NCBI GenBank assembly: GCA_030141605.1
Contig: JAQGDQ010000030.1
Location: 996,558-1,060,557, forward strand
Reading direction: 5' to 3'
Length of the DNA: 64,000 nt
Source of the DNA: Tubiluchus corallicola
Lineage: Eukaryota > Animalia > Priapulida
The notes beneath the pieces were generated by a model. The model was not told where the DNA came from. It ran no database searches and saw only the letters and a program-made list of their open reading frames with translations. A program made the translations under genes and the position numbers. Positions 39,801-53,849 of this stretch are shown piece after piece (position 1 is the first letter of the stretch; the number at the start of each line of letters is the position of its first letter).

Positions 39801-41772
39801 TTGTCAATGACCGCGTTAAAAAATTCAATTAGGAAATCACTTAACAAGATAACTGCACTACTGTTTCCCCCTTGTTTTGTAACTGGTATAGAAAACATTT
39901 ATTAAAGAATTAATATCGTCATTCAGAAACCTAACATCAAAATCAATAATTTTTTGTAATTCGGGAACATTAATTGCATTAGTAACAAGATTTGAAACTG
40001 TCTAAAACATTCAATCAGTTAGTGCTAAAGATAAGTCAGTACTTAACTTTCTTGCATTTTACTGCCTGTCTTTCATTCCTCTTTTGCGAACGTAGCGCGT
40101 TTAGAAAAACAAATAAAAAGCATAAATTTATTTCCGCAGAGAAGCGATGTGAGTCTAGCAACATATCACAATCAGATGAAAGCCAAGATGTCTACACTTG
40201 ATTGTTTTAATGTTTGAGGAACACAGCGCAAAAAAGCTAGTGTAAATATACAGTAAGACAGACAGCCTCGGAGAGGGAGAAAGACACGTTACTTTTTGTA
40301 GGCAAAAGTTAAAGAGAAACGTTGATGAAAGACGAAAAGTGAAGGACGGCAACAAAAAGACGAACATCAACAAAAGATACCTAAATTAGAAGCAGTTGGA
40401 GATGAGTAAGAACAATTAAGGCAAACTGAAAAAGATGGAAGACATGGAAGCAAAAAATGTAAGAAAGGCATTGTCAAGAGATGAGGTAACAAAATTATGA
40501 GGCCCAAAAAAACATTGTTATGGTACCACAAACGGAAGGACGTGGATAATCAGAAAAAATATGGGACTTACAGTTCAATGACGAGCAACCACCCTCTTGC
40601 TTACAGTAAAAAGGGAACATTGCTTCTCGAATCTGCACTTACAAAGAATACTTCTGTTATTAGTACGACACGTTCGATCAATCCACCAGTGAAGTAGCAG
40701 ACACCAATATTATGACTGGATGTCAAGTGCCAACACTATAAAACTCCGTACTTCAGGCAAATTAGTGTGCGAAGTCCACCGTTCACAAAGTCTTACAATT
40801 TCCGGCAGTTCTAACAGATAATAATTGATAAATAACGCCAACTGCTGATTGGTTCAGCCACTACTGCACCACTTATATCTGTCTGAGAAGTGAACAACAG
40901 CTTTAGCCATGAACGTAACGGGAACTAATACCACAGAAGGTAGGCTACAACAAGATGCAACGGCAATACTCATTCCATTCTTAGCTAACACTGACTGTGA
41001 AACAGCCAAGTACGAGTCTTAACAGAAGTAACAGAAAAGAATGCCATCAGGACTTTTGGTAATAGCCTACAAGGCGTTGAACTAAGAACATGGCCCTGCT
41101 AAGTGCTGGATACATTAAACCACTTGAAGAAGCTGATGTGTAACGCGCTAACATAAACATTAGCCTGCTGCTGATAATTGTTGTGCAGTTTTGATGGAGA
41201 TGCGGTAGAACCAGCATCAATTAGCATCAATTTGTCATTTGGCAGCGATGCAACGAGTCCCCATGTTTATTTGCGGTGGTCGCGGGCAAACAGAAATTGG
41301 GCAGCAGCTGATATAGCCAACCATGGCGTCGCCAACACAAGGATGCAGCCGACGAGATTTGTACCCGATTCATAACCCACGTCCTTCCATGGATGACGCT
41401 GTAAGGATGACTGTTAGCTACGTCACATCAGGAAATATAACAAAATGCCGCTGAAAAGTGTCTGGAAAAAGTCAGACAAAATACCTATCAGGCGATCTTT
41501 TTCGCCTCCTAGATGGGGGCAAAACTAGAGAATGCAAAGCTATTCCTTGGGTGTTAATGGATGAAGGAAAAATGCTTCCCTCTGAGAGTAAAAGCATGCA
41601 CTACATTTTTTTCTAAATGTGCTCAGCTACTTAGAGTAAGAAGGCAGGGGAAGTTATTTTGAAGAATCGGAATTAAAGGCAAAAGAGTATGAAACCAACA
41701 TCGATTGAGAAATACTTATGAATCGTATCTCTGATGTTAAACAAATTGACAATGATGATAAATTCTGTACAA

Positions 41773-41774
41773 AT

Positions 41775-41806
<32 letters not shown>

Positions 41807-41821
41807 GCACGCACACGCACG

Positions 41822-41880
<59 letters not shown>

Positions 41881-41890
41881 ATATATATAC
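41773..41890. repeat. Compound (TA)n(CACG)n(CA)n microsatellite
   Basis: Direct reading. Confidence 0.98.
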
Positions 41891-42234
41891 ATAAATATAT
41901 ACAAGGCCTCTATGTGCAGAACAAAATTTCTGGCCTCACATACTATATCAAATAATAACAATGCAAGCACATACAAAAATACAAATCAATATATAGTAAC
42001 GTACAAACATACCTCCAAAGCGATATAAACGACAACAAACGACAAAACAATAAACAATATAACAAACTATACAATTAATAATTCACTACATTTCAGTTAA
42101 AAAATTAATAAGGCGTAAATGTTATGGGTTTCGTAAAGCATACCACATGATATGATTTGCATTTATTTACCACGCTGAATGAAATACGTATTATATCTAG
42201 CCATGTCTAATTGTCTATTGTCACTGAATTTTGC

Positions 42235-42480
42235 TAATGCTTCAGTATACTTGGGATAGTTTTTAGTCCACGCCTCGTTGTCACCGTTACAGTTAACACA
42301 CAAGTATTATGCACAAGTTCATCACAGTCTTCTGATTTGTGCTACTTTAAACGTTTTGCACAAGTAACAGGGCATTTGTACCATTTTGCCACATGCCCAA
42401 ATTTTTGACAATTGAAGCACCTTGTTGAAGTAGGCTTAATAACAAATTTGACTACACATTGTTCATGTTGAACAAAAGAG
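42235..42480 (-). mobile_element. Decayed LINE ORF1 (gag-like triple zinc knuckle, I/Jockey-group type)
   Basis: Minus strand PTSTRCFNCQKFGHVAKWYKCPVTCAKRLK*HKSEDCDELVHNTCVNCNGDNEAWTKNYPKY: CX2CX4H knuckle followed by two eroded knuckles. Confidence 0.85.
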
Positions 42481-44164
42481 TCAAAGTAAATAAAAAAAGA
42501 AATAGGTTATCAAATAAGAAATGTAATAGTAATTCAAAAGGCTGACATCGTCATGTAATTAACCGTTTGGTTTAAGTTACAGGCTATAAACGTTGATTGG
42601 TTAACTGAAATAATTTGGCACCACGTTTGGCCAATCGCCGTAGTTTCAGATAAATCATGCTGACCACATGCGAAAAGCTAACTTGATTCAAGGAACTTAG
42701 CTATAGTCAGTGCCCTTTATGATATTTTTAAGTCCAGTTTCAATACTAATTCCGTGACAACCCAAAAGGTATTTAACAACTTTTTTTTAAAAAAATCAAG
42801 TGCTTGTAAAAGAGTTCAGAAAGTCCATTAAAGGTAGTTACATAACACTCTGATTGAATAATCTTGGGATAGGATTTTTTGGGTGTTTCCACATCGCAGA
42901 CATCCAGCTCTGTGACAATGACTAATGACTGCCATGCATGCGTGTGTTGGCTTTTTGTCAATTGGGTCAGTATCTGAAGCCGCCCAAATTTTGGAGTAGT
43001 GTTAATGAATTAAGCAAATGGCTTTCTTTGGTCCGTAGTTAAAATGCTGCCAAGCAAAGTTCCAAAACTATTCGAGTAACTGTGACGTAATGTTCTACGA
43101 AGCTGTCTGCCAGACTTTATTCCACGCACGGACACATCCAGTCATGAACTCCTGGCATGGACGACACCCCAAACTAGAGTACAGCTAATAGTTTATTTTA
43201 TAATAAAATTGTAAAATATATCACGACTCTTTCGTGGCATCTTTACAAACATAAGTATAAAATTTGTGATGCTTTCGCATCTCCTCTTTGTAAAGAATGC
43301 TCAACCCGTGACTCTGCCTTAGGTTTACTAAGTAAATGCAAGATAACCTTTCTTTTGATGCATACAAACTGCTATTTTCCCGAATACATCAGTTCATTAT
43401 TTAATATGCACGAAGTAGCTGTCGTAGATAAAAAACAACCCACAACTAACCGACCAAGAAACTAAATTAAATTATTAATGCATCCTAGTATGGGACATAC
43501 GAACATTGCACTAGAATACGAAGTTAATAATATTAAAAGTGATTACAATGCTGGTAGTTTTTATATTCCAGACTGACGTCACGGATGTCACAAAGACACA
43601 GTAAAAACAAATGCTAATTAAAGGCGTCACAAGCTTTCAAAAATTGTGTTAAATAAAGTTGACAATGTGATTACCAAAAAAAATTTACAAAAAATAGACT
43701 CAGTCTCTCCCACACCTACAGGGAATAATATAATTCGCCTGGTGAGCTCCTGACGAGCAGAGAATTCCTGGCGATGTTTTTACAATTAAATCCGCCAGGC
43801 TGTCGTTCAGCCACTCTGGGACAGATACCATGACAGTAAAAAATCCGCATCGCGCATCAAGCAAATAATCAGGCGTCTTATTTCTACTGTCCAGCGGGAC
43901 CCATTTATTCTGAACAAAACACACCATCAGTAAAGCGGCAGATAAATAAACACGGCTCTCCATCAAACCGTATAATTGACAGTTTACAGTATTTATCAGC
44001 CCCAAAGTTGCCATCTTGCTCAAGAACTGTCGGATAGTGTGTATTATTCTAAGCGCTGAGATCTCTGGCGCCCCTCCGATTGAGTAAATAGAATGCTAGG
44101 CCCCGCAAACATGAACGTAACGGGAGAGATTAGAACAAAGGCAATCGCGAAAGTTGTAATTGTG

Positions 44165-44600
44165 ACGTTGATCGTCATCATCATCATCATCACTGTCATC
44201 AATATAGTCAATAAAACAGTAAACCACCATCCCCATCACAGTCATGGATAACGTGATTGGACATATAGGTACCACTACAGAGGCATAATGGGAGTCCGAA
44301 CAAACGCAAAAATCCAGCCAGATATCCAGAGTTGCAATCAGCGTCGCAATAAATCGCCATCCGACTACCATCATCACTTCATCGTCATCAGCACAACTCG
44401 CAGTTTGCTTTGCTACCATCACCACTATATAAACCACTATTCTAGTAATAATCACCATCATCATCAGCTATCCCTAGTTTCATGGTCATAATCATCATTG
44501 CTATCATCGTTATCACGAATACCACTATTACCACTACTAGTGCACTAATGACATACGTATCATTGTTGTTGTTGCCATCAATTGTCTGGTCATCATTATC
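44165..44600. repeat. Degenerate (CAT/CAC)n low-complexity tract
   Basis: Repeated atc/cat/cac triplets; these explain the spurious D-, H- and M-rich ORFs. Confidence 0.8.
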
Positions 44601-44648
44601 CGTGTCTACCAATGACTAACTAATTATCAAAGAAAAACGTAAACTTAC

Positions 44649-44782
44649 TGTCTGTTCCATTGGCTGCAAGACCTAAGATTTGAGAAGTATCGTTTCTGGG
44701 TGAGCTTTGCGTTGATCCGTTGTGTTCTTGCTGACTTACAGGACTTGATGAGGGATACTGAGACTGAAGACTATCGAGATTT
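44649..44782 (-). CDS. eya: Eyes absent exon (134 nt)
   Basis: TTTTTTCTTACAG acceptor, A|GTAAGT donor; phase 2 to 1; NLDSLQSQYPSSSPVSQQEHNGSTQSSPRNDTSQILGLAANGTD. The junction NGTD|IKAEP mirrors vertebrate NGTE|VKTEP. Confidence 0.88.
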
Positions 44783-46096
44783 CTGTAAGAAAAAATATTT
44801 TAAAATGTAAGACACGTGTAAATTAATGTGTATGATTATTAAGTTATAAAAATATAATCATAACTGCCCAGATGCCACGAACCCTTATGGAATGATATCA
44901 AAATATTTCTGTACAAGAGCTACATAACTACAAATGTACTGTGATGTTTTATTCTAGAGAGCAAATATGTGAATGACATATAATATGTAACAGTGAAGTG
45001 TAGTTCAAATTTAAAAATATACAGTACATCCGATTAATTTTTCCACTTCTGCAGTGGGTAAATGAATTTCAACACACTCAGCGTTCATTTATTGTACAGT
45101 ACTTCGCTTTGGTATTATACTTGGTGACATTATCAATCATTTAAATTTGATCGATATCAATCCGATTTGGCCGCCATTATGCAAACATTAGGAAAAGACT
45201 CGTCGAATAAGCGATAAGTTTAAAAGTTTATGAGAAGACGGGACATGTTTGCGCATGCGTCACAAACCACTAATGCACTCGGAACCATCAATACTTTTAA
45301 ATGAAATGCAATGAAATAAATTAGACGTGCAGCCAGTCACTCTCAATGTATAATAAAAGAAAAAATGTGAAATATTAGATTAACCACAAAAGCGTGAACC
45401 TTGTAAGCTTATAGTTGGGTATGAAGCCATGTTTGTAATACACACACGTACATGTATGTAGCAGTTGTATAAAACAGTTAATGCCAAAAGGAGCTACAAA
45501 AGAAATGTAATAATGAGAGGCTCGGAATGTTTATAAAACGTGGAGTTTGAATCAAACGAAAGAAAAGAGACATACACTTGACCATTTACGATTTAGACTC
45601 AACATGCAAAGGCATTTTCCTGACATTTCTTTTGGATTTTTTAACAATGTTTAATGTTCTTGACAACATACATTATCAAGCCCGTCAGCCGCTAAGCGCC
45701 TAGGTTGCATTGCATATAGATTAAGTTTCCAAAACTTTCACTTCGTTAAAACTCTACTGCGATTTAATGATGCTGCGCATGCATTAGCAATGACAGTATT
45801 TTGCTGTTAAACTTAAATGTAATAGCCGAACTGGCCCCAATAATTCATGTATATCGCCAGTCACCATTGTAATACATACGCTTTATGTATGCACACGCAT
45901 TTCTTAACTATAACCTACAAAGAATACATACATTTAATAAGAAGTAGGTCTAAATATAAATGTGCTTATTTAGTACGATTATTTATGACAAAACATTAGT
46001 AGAGATTAGTCACATTGGTCATATTAGAGACACGGTATGTGATTTCCTGTTTAATATGACATAAAAATGACTATACTGTATCTAGAATAGAAATTA

Positions 46097-46220
46097 ATCA
46101 AAACGGTTGGCTACAACGGTGAAATCAGGTGAAGCAGGCCTCGATATCAGACTTCTTATCAAAACTGTTGGCTACAACGGTGAAATCAGGTGAAGCAGGC
46201 CTCGATATCAGACTTCTTAT
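46097..46220. repeat. 61-bp tandem duplication
   Basis: atcaaaac.gttggctacaacggtgaaatcaggtgaagcaggcctcgatatcagacttctt occurs twice. Confidence 0.95.
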
Positions 46221-46617
46221 TCTTTACTATAATAATGTGTTAGTCAATCGATGAAAAAATAATTTGCTTGTACAATCCTAAAGGGCTTCCTCTTCTTAAC
46301 TCAAGGAAACATTTGGCAAAATCCGGAATAGCTGGCATTTTTTCTACGGAAACATTTGACATATCAAACATTTACATAAAACTAGCGGTTATTTTGTTTT
46401 TCGGCCAAGCAAAGTAGAACTGGATGTTTACACGCCCTGAATCGGCGGCTAGATTCGGGTATTAGCTCGTACAGTCGGGGAATCCGGCAGCTGTACCGGA
46501 TCAAGACGACCGTAACTTTCGGACGAGAGAGGAAATAATATTTGCGCGGCAGAAAAACTTATTGAAATTGCAAACTTTGCCCGTGTTGCGTTTTATGATG
46601 TTACACGCACATGCTGC

Positions 46618-46980
46618 TTCAAAATTGTGACCAAAAATTCCGCACTTTATGTCAAAAAATGGATGTGTCTGAATTCTGAAATCTGAATGGTTTCATAACA
46701 GTCATCTATGCCAGTAACTGTGTCTGATTCTGTTGCGCTGCATTATCAAAATTGCGCTACATTACATTTGCACTTTATGCCAAAAAATTATGTCTGTGTC
46801 TGAATTCCGAATGGCTTCACAACATGGCGTTTATCTGTGGTTCAAGATAGTGTTCAAAATATCCACACTTTATGTAAAAAACTGTCTGTGTCTGAATTCT
46901 GAATGGTATCATAACAGTAATCTATGCCAGTAACTGTGTCCGATTCTGCTACATTATCAAAATTGAGCTACATTACATTG
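46618..46980. repeat. Complex diverged tandem repeat (about 3 units)
   Basis: cactttatg..aaaaa...tgtgtctgaattc.gaa occurs three times; cataacagt.atctatgccagtaactgtgtc.gattctg...cattatcaaaattg.gctacattacatt occurs twice. Confidence 0.9.
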
Positions 46981-49900
46981 GCTTCAATATTTTCATATCA
47001 AGTAGGCCTAAATTTAATAACGTTATCATGTCGCTATCATGTATGAAGTCGATAAATTAGTCACATAAACGTATATATAACATGGCGAGAATTATTTTTT
47101 TTACTTGGATGTATAAAAACTGTAAAATAGCAACAACATTTGCATAAATCCAAGTGTATGTCATTAAGAAACAAAACATTCTTATGTGTTACAAATGCTA
47201 TAATAAAATTTATGAATTTATAATTAAATGATTCAACAAAATAATAAATATATAAAAGCTGTGCAAGTGCATTAAAATAGGAAATTCAAAAATACGTTTT
47301 TGTTGTAGCATTTAGTTTTCTCTGATTACTTACTTTAATGCGCCATCACAATGCTGCGTTTAACTCTGTATCTCTTTATCTATCCTTACCTATCTCCTAG
47401 TCTGTACTTTCAAGGTTTTTATTCTTTCTTCCCTTCTCCGCATACCCGGTGTGCTTTACACAAGTATTCTCACTGTTTAAGCACCACACATACATAATTG
47501 TTTTTTAAAGTTCTGATATTGTTATAAACCGTTGCTCAACATGCATGTAATATAAAAATAAACTATAATAAATATACATTATATGAATATAATAAGCTAA
47601 ACTATGTACACATACAAAACTATGCCATTAAATATAAAATTTTGCAATCTAAAAGCACCCAAGTAAAAACCATGCACAAGAACACAAAACTTAATACATT
47701 TAGGAAATTAGGATAAAGTAATCCTGTATTTAATATTTTGGTAACATACGCTGAACATCTGTACTTTATCAAGTGGAACATTATGAGACGCTGTTAGTTC
47801 AAGAGATCTCTTAATAGAACAGTTAATTATTACGCTTTAAAAGTAGAGTTCTAAATAATACATACTACATACAAAAATTGAAAATTTATATTTATTATTT
47901 AATTAAAAATCGAATTTCGAATTTAAATTGTTCTACGTTATACATTTTTCATGATTAAAAATTGATTAATAATGTGAACTCTTATTAAGATTGACACATT
48001 AACGTAATGCTTGTAGTAGAAAAAGCAGCATGCATTTCGTGTAATTGGTACAAAGTGTTCTCATCATTGAAAGTTGATTAGACAAAATCGATACAGTAAC
48101 GAAATGCAAATTAAACCCTTGAAAAATGTAAAACCTCTTAAAGTAGTTCCGTAATCGTCTAACAATTTACAGAGTAAGAAAGAAAACAACATTATTTATT
48201 ACTATAATTATAAAGAAAATTTAAATTTGAGAAAATTCTGGGGTTATTAATCATAGACGCTAACCACACATTTGCGAACTGTTCACTGTTCAGACATGCG
48301 AGTTGTTGTAAAAAAAATTATAATATTTATAGCATACAAGATTATTTAATTTATTTATTTAGCTAACACCATTGCTTGCATAAAACAGCTGTTTTGTATA
48401 CTGCTTCCTAGCTTTATTAGTGTTATAAATGCATAACTGATTAAGGACGGTTAAACTTTAGGCTTTTCTCGGAGTCCCGAAACATGCAAGATTTTTGCAG
48501 GAAAATTTTTTCTAACTATTATTACAAAAGTGACGCAGTGCAACTGGGAATTTTTACTCTTAAAAACGTCTTTGATAAAACAAGTCAGAAGTAATTGATA
48601 ATAATATTGTTCGGCAATAATGTAGCTGGATTCTGAAATTTTAATGCAGACATACATTTATTGGTTTTGTTGTATAGAAAAGCGAAAATTATAAACTCGA
48701 AATAAGTGTAGTAATTTGTGAACAAACATATTGTAACAAGAAAAACACAAACGTGATCATAAAAAAGAAATTTGAATAAAAACAATTTTGAACAAAAAGC
48801 GTTTCACTGTGTATAAAACTACAGCGCAATCAATGCACCTAATCATCTAAGGACACCAAATGTACAGGATTGTATATCCATGCAATATATTGCTTGACAC
48901 AAATATAAGGATAGGTACAGGAGTAAGAAGGTTAAAGCAAACACCCGTAAGGATACCAAATTTCAGTTTTAAAATTATACAGTTAATCACTTCACAGACC
49001 CACTAAAGTATAAACGTAATGAAAACATAGTAGCATATTATATCATGAAATTAGCTTATACATTTACTAGCAATTTTGTGCATTTTGATTTCTCATACAT
49101 AATAGGTAGTAATATAGCAAAAATTAATGTACATAAATTAGCACAATTATTGCCAGAAACGACTCAACATAGCCATAGAGTATGTGGCGTCTTTTTAAAT
49201 TAATTGTCTTGTCTTCTTGTTTGTAAATAATATCCGTGCTGTGCTTGTTTTTTTGTTGCTGTCGTCAGTGTTTAATATTTATTTTACTTTTGTTACTAGT
49301 CTACTAATTTTCTTCTAATTGAACCACTTATGTGTTCGAAAATAAATGATATTAATAGTAATAGTGTGAAAACGAGTAACGCGGATAGAAATAATCAGAC
49401 ATCATAACTAAAGATATTTCAAATTATTTTAAACGAATGAAGTTGTTATTTCTTGCAAATTGTATCAAGTCCTGTTCACACTACCTGCTGATCATAGTTG
49501 ATACAGACGGTAGATTTCCTTGCGCTGTATCCCAGCATGCTTGCATCACCATGTTTAGTCCAGTAAGGCTTCTTTAACCCTTTCATTGAAGACGTTATTT
49601 TAAAAATAGTCTAAATCACAATTTCTGTCAACCTTGCAGGTCGCTTAATGACGCACAGCAGACACCAAATTTTATACATGCACCACAAGTTCAATTTATC
49701 TAAAAGTTTTTGTGTTTTGCATCTCACAACCAAAGTTTCATATTATTTTATAATATAAAAGAAAAAACTCGCGCAGAATTTTCTAATTCTCCTCTAGTAA
49801 ATAACTACGAACAAAAACAAAACAATTTATGAAAGTTTCAAAAAACTTTGCAATATGCAGCCAAGCGCTTGCACAAGCGCAACTGACTTTCACGGAGCAC

Positions 49901-50357
49901 ACAAAGAAACTTGGCCCGTCAGGCTGAAACCGTTCAGCAATTTGTGGTGCTGATGAGGAGGCTGAGGAACTCGCTCGGATGCTGCTGCCACCATTTATCT
50001 GTCACTAGGCTTCTCATATTTATCACAACTAACGATGGAGATTGTTGCAACGTGTGTTAGTGTTGCAAATTGCAATATGTGTTATAGTGTTAAACGTAAT
50101 TACTATAAGCAATGAACAAGGCATTGTCTATAACGCACAAAACCGCACAATTTAAAACTAATTTCTATATTTTGCGCACATTTAGCTCGAAGCTTTGATC
50201 ACGATAATGTAAAAAGAAAATAACGAATGCGGTTGAAAACCACCACAATGATGTTACAGCAGTTTGTGTAAACACCAAAAATTTTAGGGCAGGTCCTTAG
50301 ATTTTTCCAAATATGTAGAAGTTGTAAAACAAAATATATGCCAGAAAAAATTCCGAA

Positions 50358-50534
50358 AAAGTTTACAATGCCCAACACGATTTAAATACACTAACCCTAA
50401 CCCTAGCCCTAACCTAAAACCCTAACCTTATCCCTAACCACAACCCTAACTCTAACCCTAATACTAATCCTAAATCCAATCCTAATCCGCTTCGTGAACT
50501 AATTTCTTGCGTGTGGGAATTGTAAACTTTAGCC
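50358..50534. mobile_element. Small inverted-repeat element with internal telomeric-like (CCCTAA)n, copy 1
   Basis: AAAGTTTACAATGCCCAACACG ... CGTGTGGGAATTGTAAACTTT inverted repeats flank about 16 degenerate TAACCC units. Confidence 0.8.
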
Positions 50535-53500
50535 AAGATTTCGTATGGAAAATTTACACAAACGCTCCACCATTTTCAATGCATACTAGACGAAGGCGTC
50601 TCTCCTTGTCGCTGATACAATTTCTCACCACTTTGAGGGGTATATGGTCCCAGCACTAAACAGTTTTTGCCTTTAAATTCTCCTCACCAAACCGCTCCGT
50701 TTTGGCCGCCCTATACTTTCTCTGACGGAATTCCGTTATTAAGTCAGTACTGTGTGTAGTGAAGATCATGGTGTAATAACCTGACTGATATGATGTCTAT
50801 ATTATTCTGCTGACATGTATTAAGTGGATTATATCTCAATGAGGCTTTTTTCAATTGATAATGAGCTCATCTAGTTCCAGCATTTAAATTTATAATATGT
50901 TATATTATGTTTCAAAGCTATAAACTTGTAATTTTCACATCCAAACGTTAATGCATTGTGATATAATGTTGTAAAATTATGTATTTCAATGTACATAAGT
51001 TCAGCAATACGCTATATACATAGTAATCTTGTAGATAGAAGTTTTAGAACATTGAGAAAGTCTCACTTAATATCTACAATAAACTTTTTTGTTTTGGTGT
51101 TTTACTGTGTTTTATTTCGTATGGGCCACATTACACTCAAATTTTGAAACGTATCACAATAAAGATGTGGTTTTGTATGCTTCCGATAGCGTTTTTGTTT
51201 TTTATAACAAAAGTGACGAAACTATTTATAATTTGTTAGTAATTTCATAGTAGACCTACATAACGAAATGCATACCGCGTGCTGTTTTAAAGAAGTGACT
51301 AAATATAGTAAGTTGGTGACTTCTACATTTAGCGACTTTTCATAAAAATTTCGACTAGAAATAAAATCTGTTTCAGCAATTCTAGAAGATATCCCGATAT
51401 CTTTAGTTTTATATGCGTGAAGCCAGTTCCAAATGGGAAAAAATAGGAGACCTATAAAGAAGCCAGCGAATCCTTTAAAATTCACGAGCAGCAAGTGGCC
51501 GGTGCGTCACTGGACGACGGGAAATCCTTTATGGACTAACTTCGGTAGCATCAACTCGGATTTACGAGGTCATAAGCATCTTAAGTGTTGTAGAAATGGT
51601 TGAAGAAAGTAGGCATAAGGTTGGACGCTCCATTGAGGAAGCAATAAACTCTTTACTCGCTTACACAGCTGCTGAGCCAAGAACCTTGCCCAACGACCCA
51701 TCAAAATCTTCCACATTGGATTCAAATCGATTTGATTCAAGAAATGCCATGCCTGAGTCAAGTGCGATAATTAAGCAACGTCGAGTGGGTTGATAACTAG
51801 ATTGCTGGTAATGGTTACTAAAGTCGGGGAAACGCTAACACTAATGATCACCTGATGCTTTTTTCGGGCGCACTTGGGATGAGAAAATGGAAATCTATCC
51901 AACCAAATAATAACTGAAATCTTGGCAACATGCCAACAATGATAGACAACTTCATAATAACATACATATTAAACAGGAAATTATCCAGAGCAAGGATTTA
52001 TGCAATCATCCATAAAAATTACCGCCTTCCGTATTTTTTAATTTCATAGAAATCCCAAAATGTGCTTTATTAGTACATTTATCGGTTCATTTGTCGGTTT
52101 GTCCTTCTTGGCTGGATAACCTTCTTTCCCTTTTTCTTCAAAATTGTTACGGTGTTCTGCAAGCACTTAGCAGAAATCGAACTATCAGGTTACCAAGATT
52201 GCAAGTTGCGCAAAATATTTGCCCGGATTCTATCAACATTTACCCGTTTCTAAACACCATCAAGCAGCTATGAGCAACCATTGCTGAAATCATTTTCAGA
52301 CGCATGAAAAGGACAATATAGGAAATTCGTTGTATATAAAAAAGGAAGTCAGGTGTGTTATATAGTGCAGAGGCACTTCATTACATCATTCCACAAGCGC
52401 CTCTCTTTTTGGACAAAAGGAGGCAGCATATTTTGTTTATTGCTGTAGGCCCAAGGACATGATTTTTGCTTTTACGCCTTATAAACCTTTAGTTTAAATA
52501 TTGATTGTTTTTTGGCCAGCGGTAAATCACAAAATTGTATAAAAAAACTGCATTTCAAAACAATTTTGCGAATTTGCTTAAAAGCATGTCAAAATTATAT
52601 AAAAATTAGTTATATAAACTTCAATCTATCACTTGAACATGAAATTTATAGAATATAAAATTACAGGTTGTTTACGTTACTATACATGCTTTTTCTTTTT
52701 GTTTATTTTCAAATTTATTTTCAAAAATTATTTTTGTAAATTTTCAGGGTTTTAAACATGCGATAATGCACTATACTTCACTTGATCAGATAATTCAACA
52801 AAAGAATGAATGAATGAAAACTACACATTAACAAGGCAGTAAGTAACTAGGAATAACAACAAATTTAATACTTAATTGCTCGTGCTGCAAAATGCATCAA
52901 CTTGGATTTCAGCAGAGAATTAAAACATTGTTTTTTAAAACTCGTTATATAATTATTATTTTCAGAAAATTTTTCAGTCTCCTTCGCCGCAAGTCTCTAT
53001 ACAATAGTTGTACGCCCAGACAAGCAGACTTCAGATAAAAGCTTTGTCCTTCCGTCCTTGGTTGCCCCCCATAAATCAGTATGGACAGAAAAAACGCACC
53101 TAAGTGAACTACATGTTTTACAGGCTGTCAAGCTGTAATGAGAAACAGAAGCCAAGCCTGGGTTGTTTCTGCTCACTTAGCTAAGAGGAAGTTTCTATTT
53201 TCCGCTGCTAGATGGCGGCAACAGACTAACGCCTTCTTGAGCTTCCTGGGGAACACCGGTTGATTTTCCATATGATTTCTTGGGCATTACAACAAAATTT
53301 CTGGGTATGCATAGTTCGACATTAATGGTAAATGACACTAATTAAGACTAGCCAATTTCGTAATCTCTGTCCCAGATGCTTTAAAGTTTACCCTTACTTT
53401 TCAGAATTAATTATTACTAATCGTGTGAATAATCCTAACTGCTAGCCCTTTTTATTATGAATTACTTATGTAAAGTATATTCGAAATAAAATGATGTTAA

Positions 53501-53790
53501 TAATAAATAGCATGACTTTATCGCTGTTATCACTATCATTCATGACATCATTTTACATCGATATCTGCCAAGCACACAACAATTCAGTAGCCATTAAAAA
53601 TGAACCTCGAAAAGATTAATTAACAATGACTAAACCGTGACTGTGAATTTCAGGCATAAACTTGGGTATGCTTAAGTATCATTAGCGTAATGATACATGC
53701 AGGGCATAATTACTGTATAGCAAGCATTTACAAGCACTATTTACATGATAAGAAAAGAGACAAACAAAAAGCCAAGAAAGCATCACTTAC

Positions 53791-53849
53791 TGGTTATTGT
53801 TATGTGATTCGTTTAGTTCCGTACTACTTTCTAGTCTTGACCGCTTCAC
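53791..53849 (-). CDS. eya: Eyes absent exon (59 nt)
   Basis: TTTTGCAG acceptor, CA|GTAAGT donor; phase 0 to 2; VKRSRLESSTELNESHNNN(Q). Compare Drosophila VKRPK and vertebrate EYA3/4 VKK. Confidence 0.85.

Noticed and set aside
43700-44023. 107-aa minus-strand ORF as an alternative Eya exon
   Set aside because: Its weak donor (AG|GTGTGG) is phase 2 while the next Eya exon needs phase 1, and there is no Eya similarity.
49920-49975. Hammerhead suggested by GAAAC...CTGATGAG
   Set aside because: Stems I and II do not pair.
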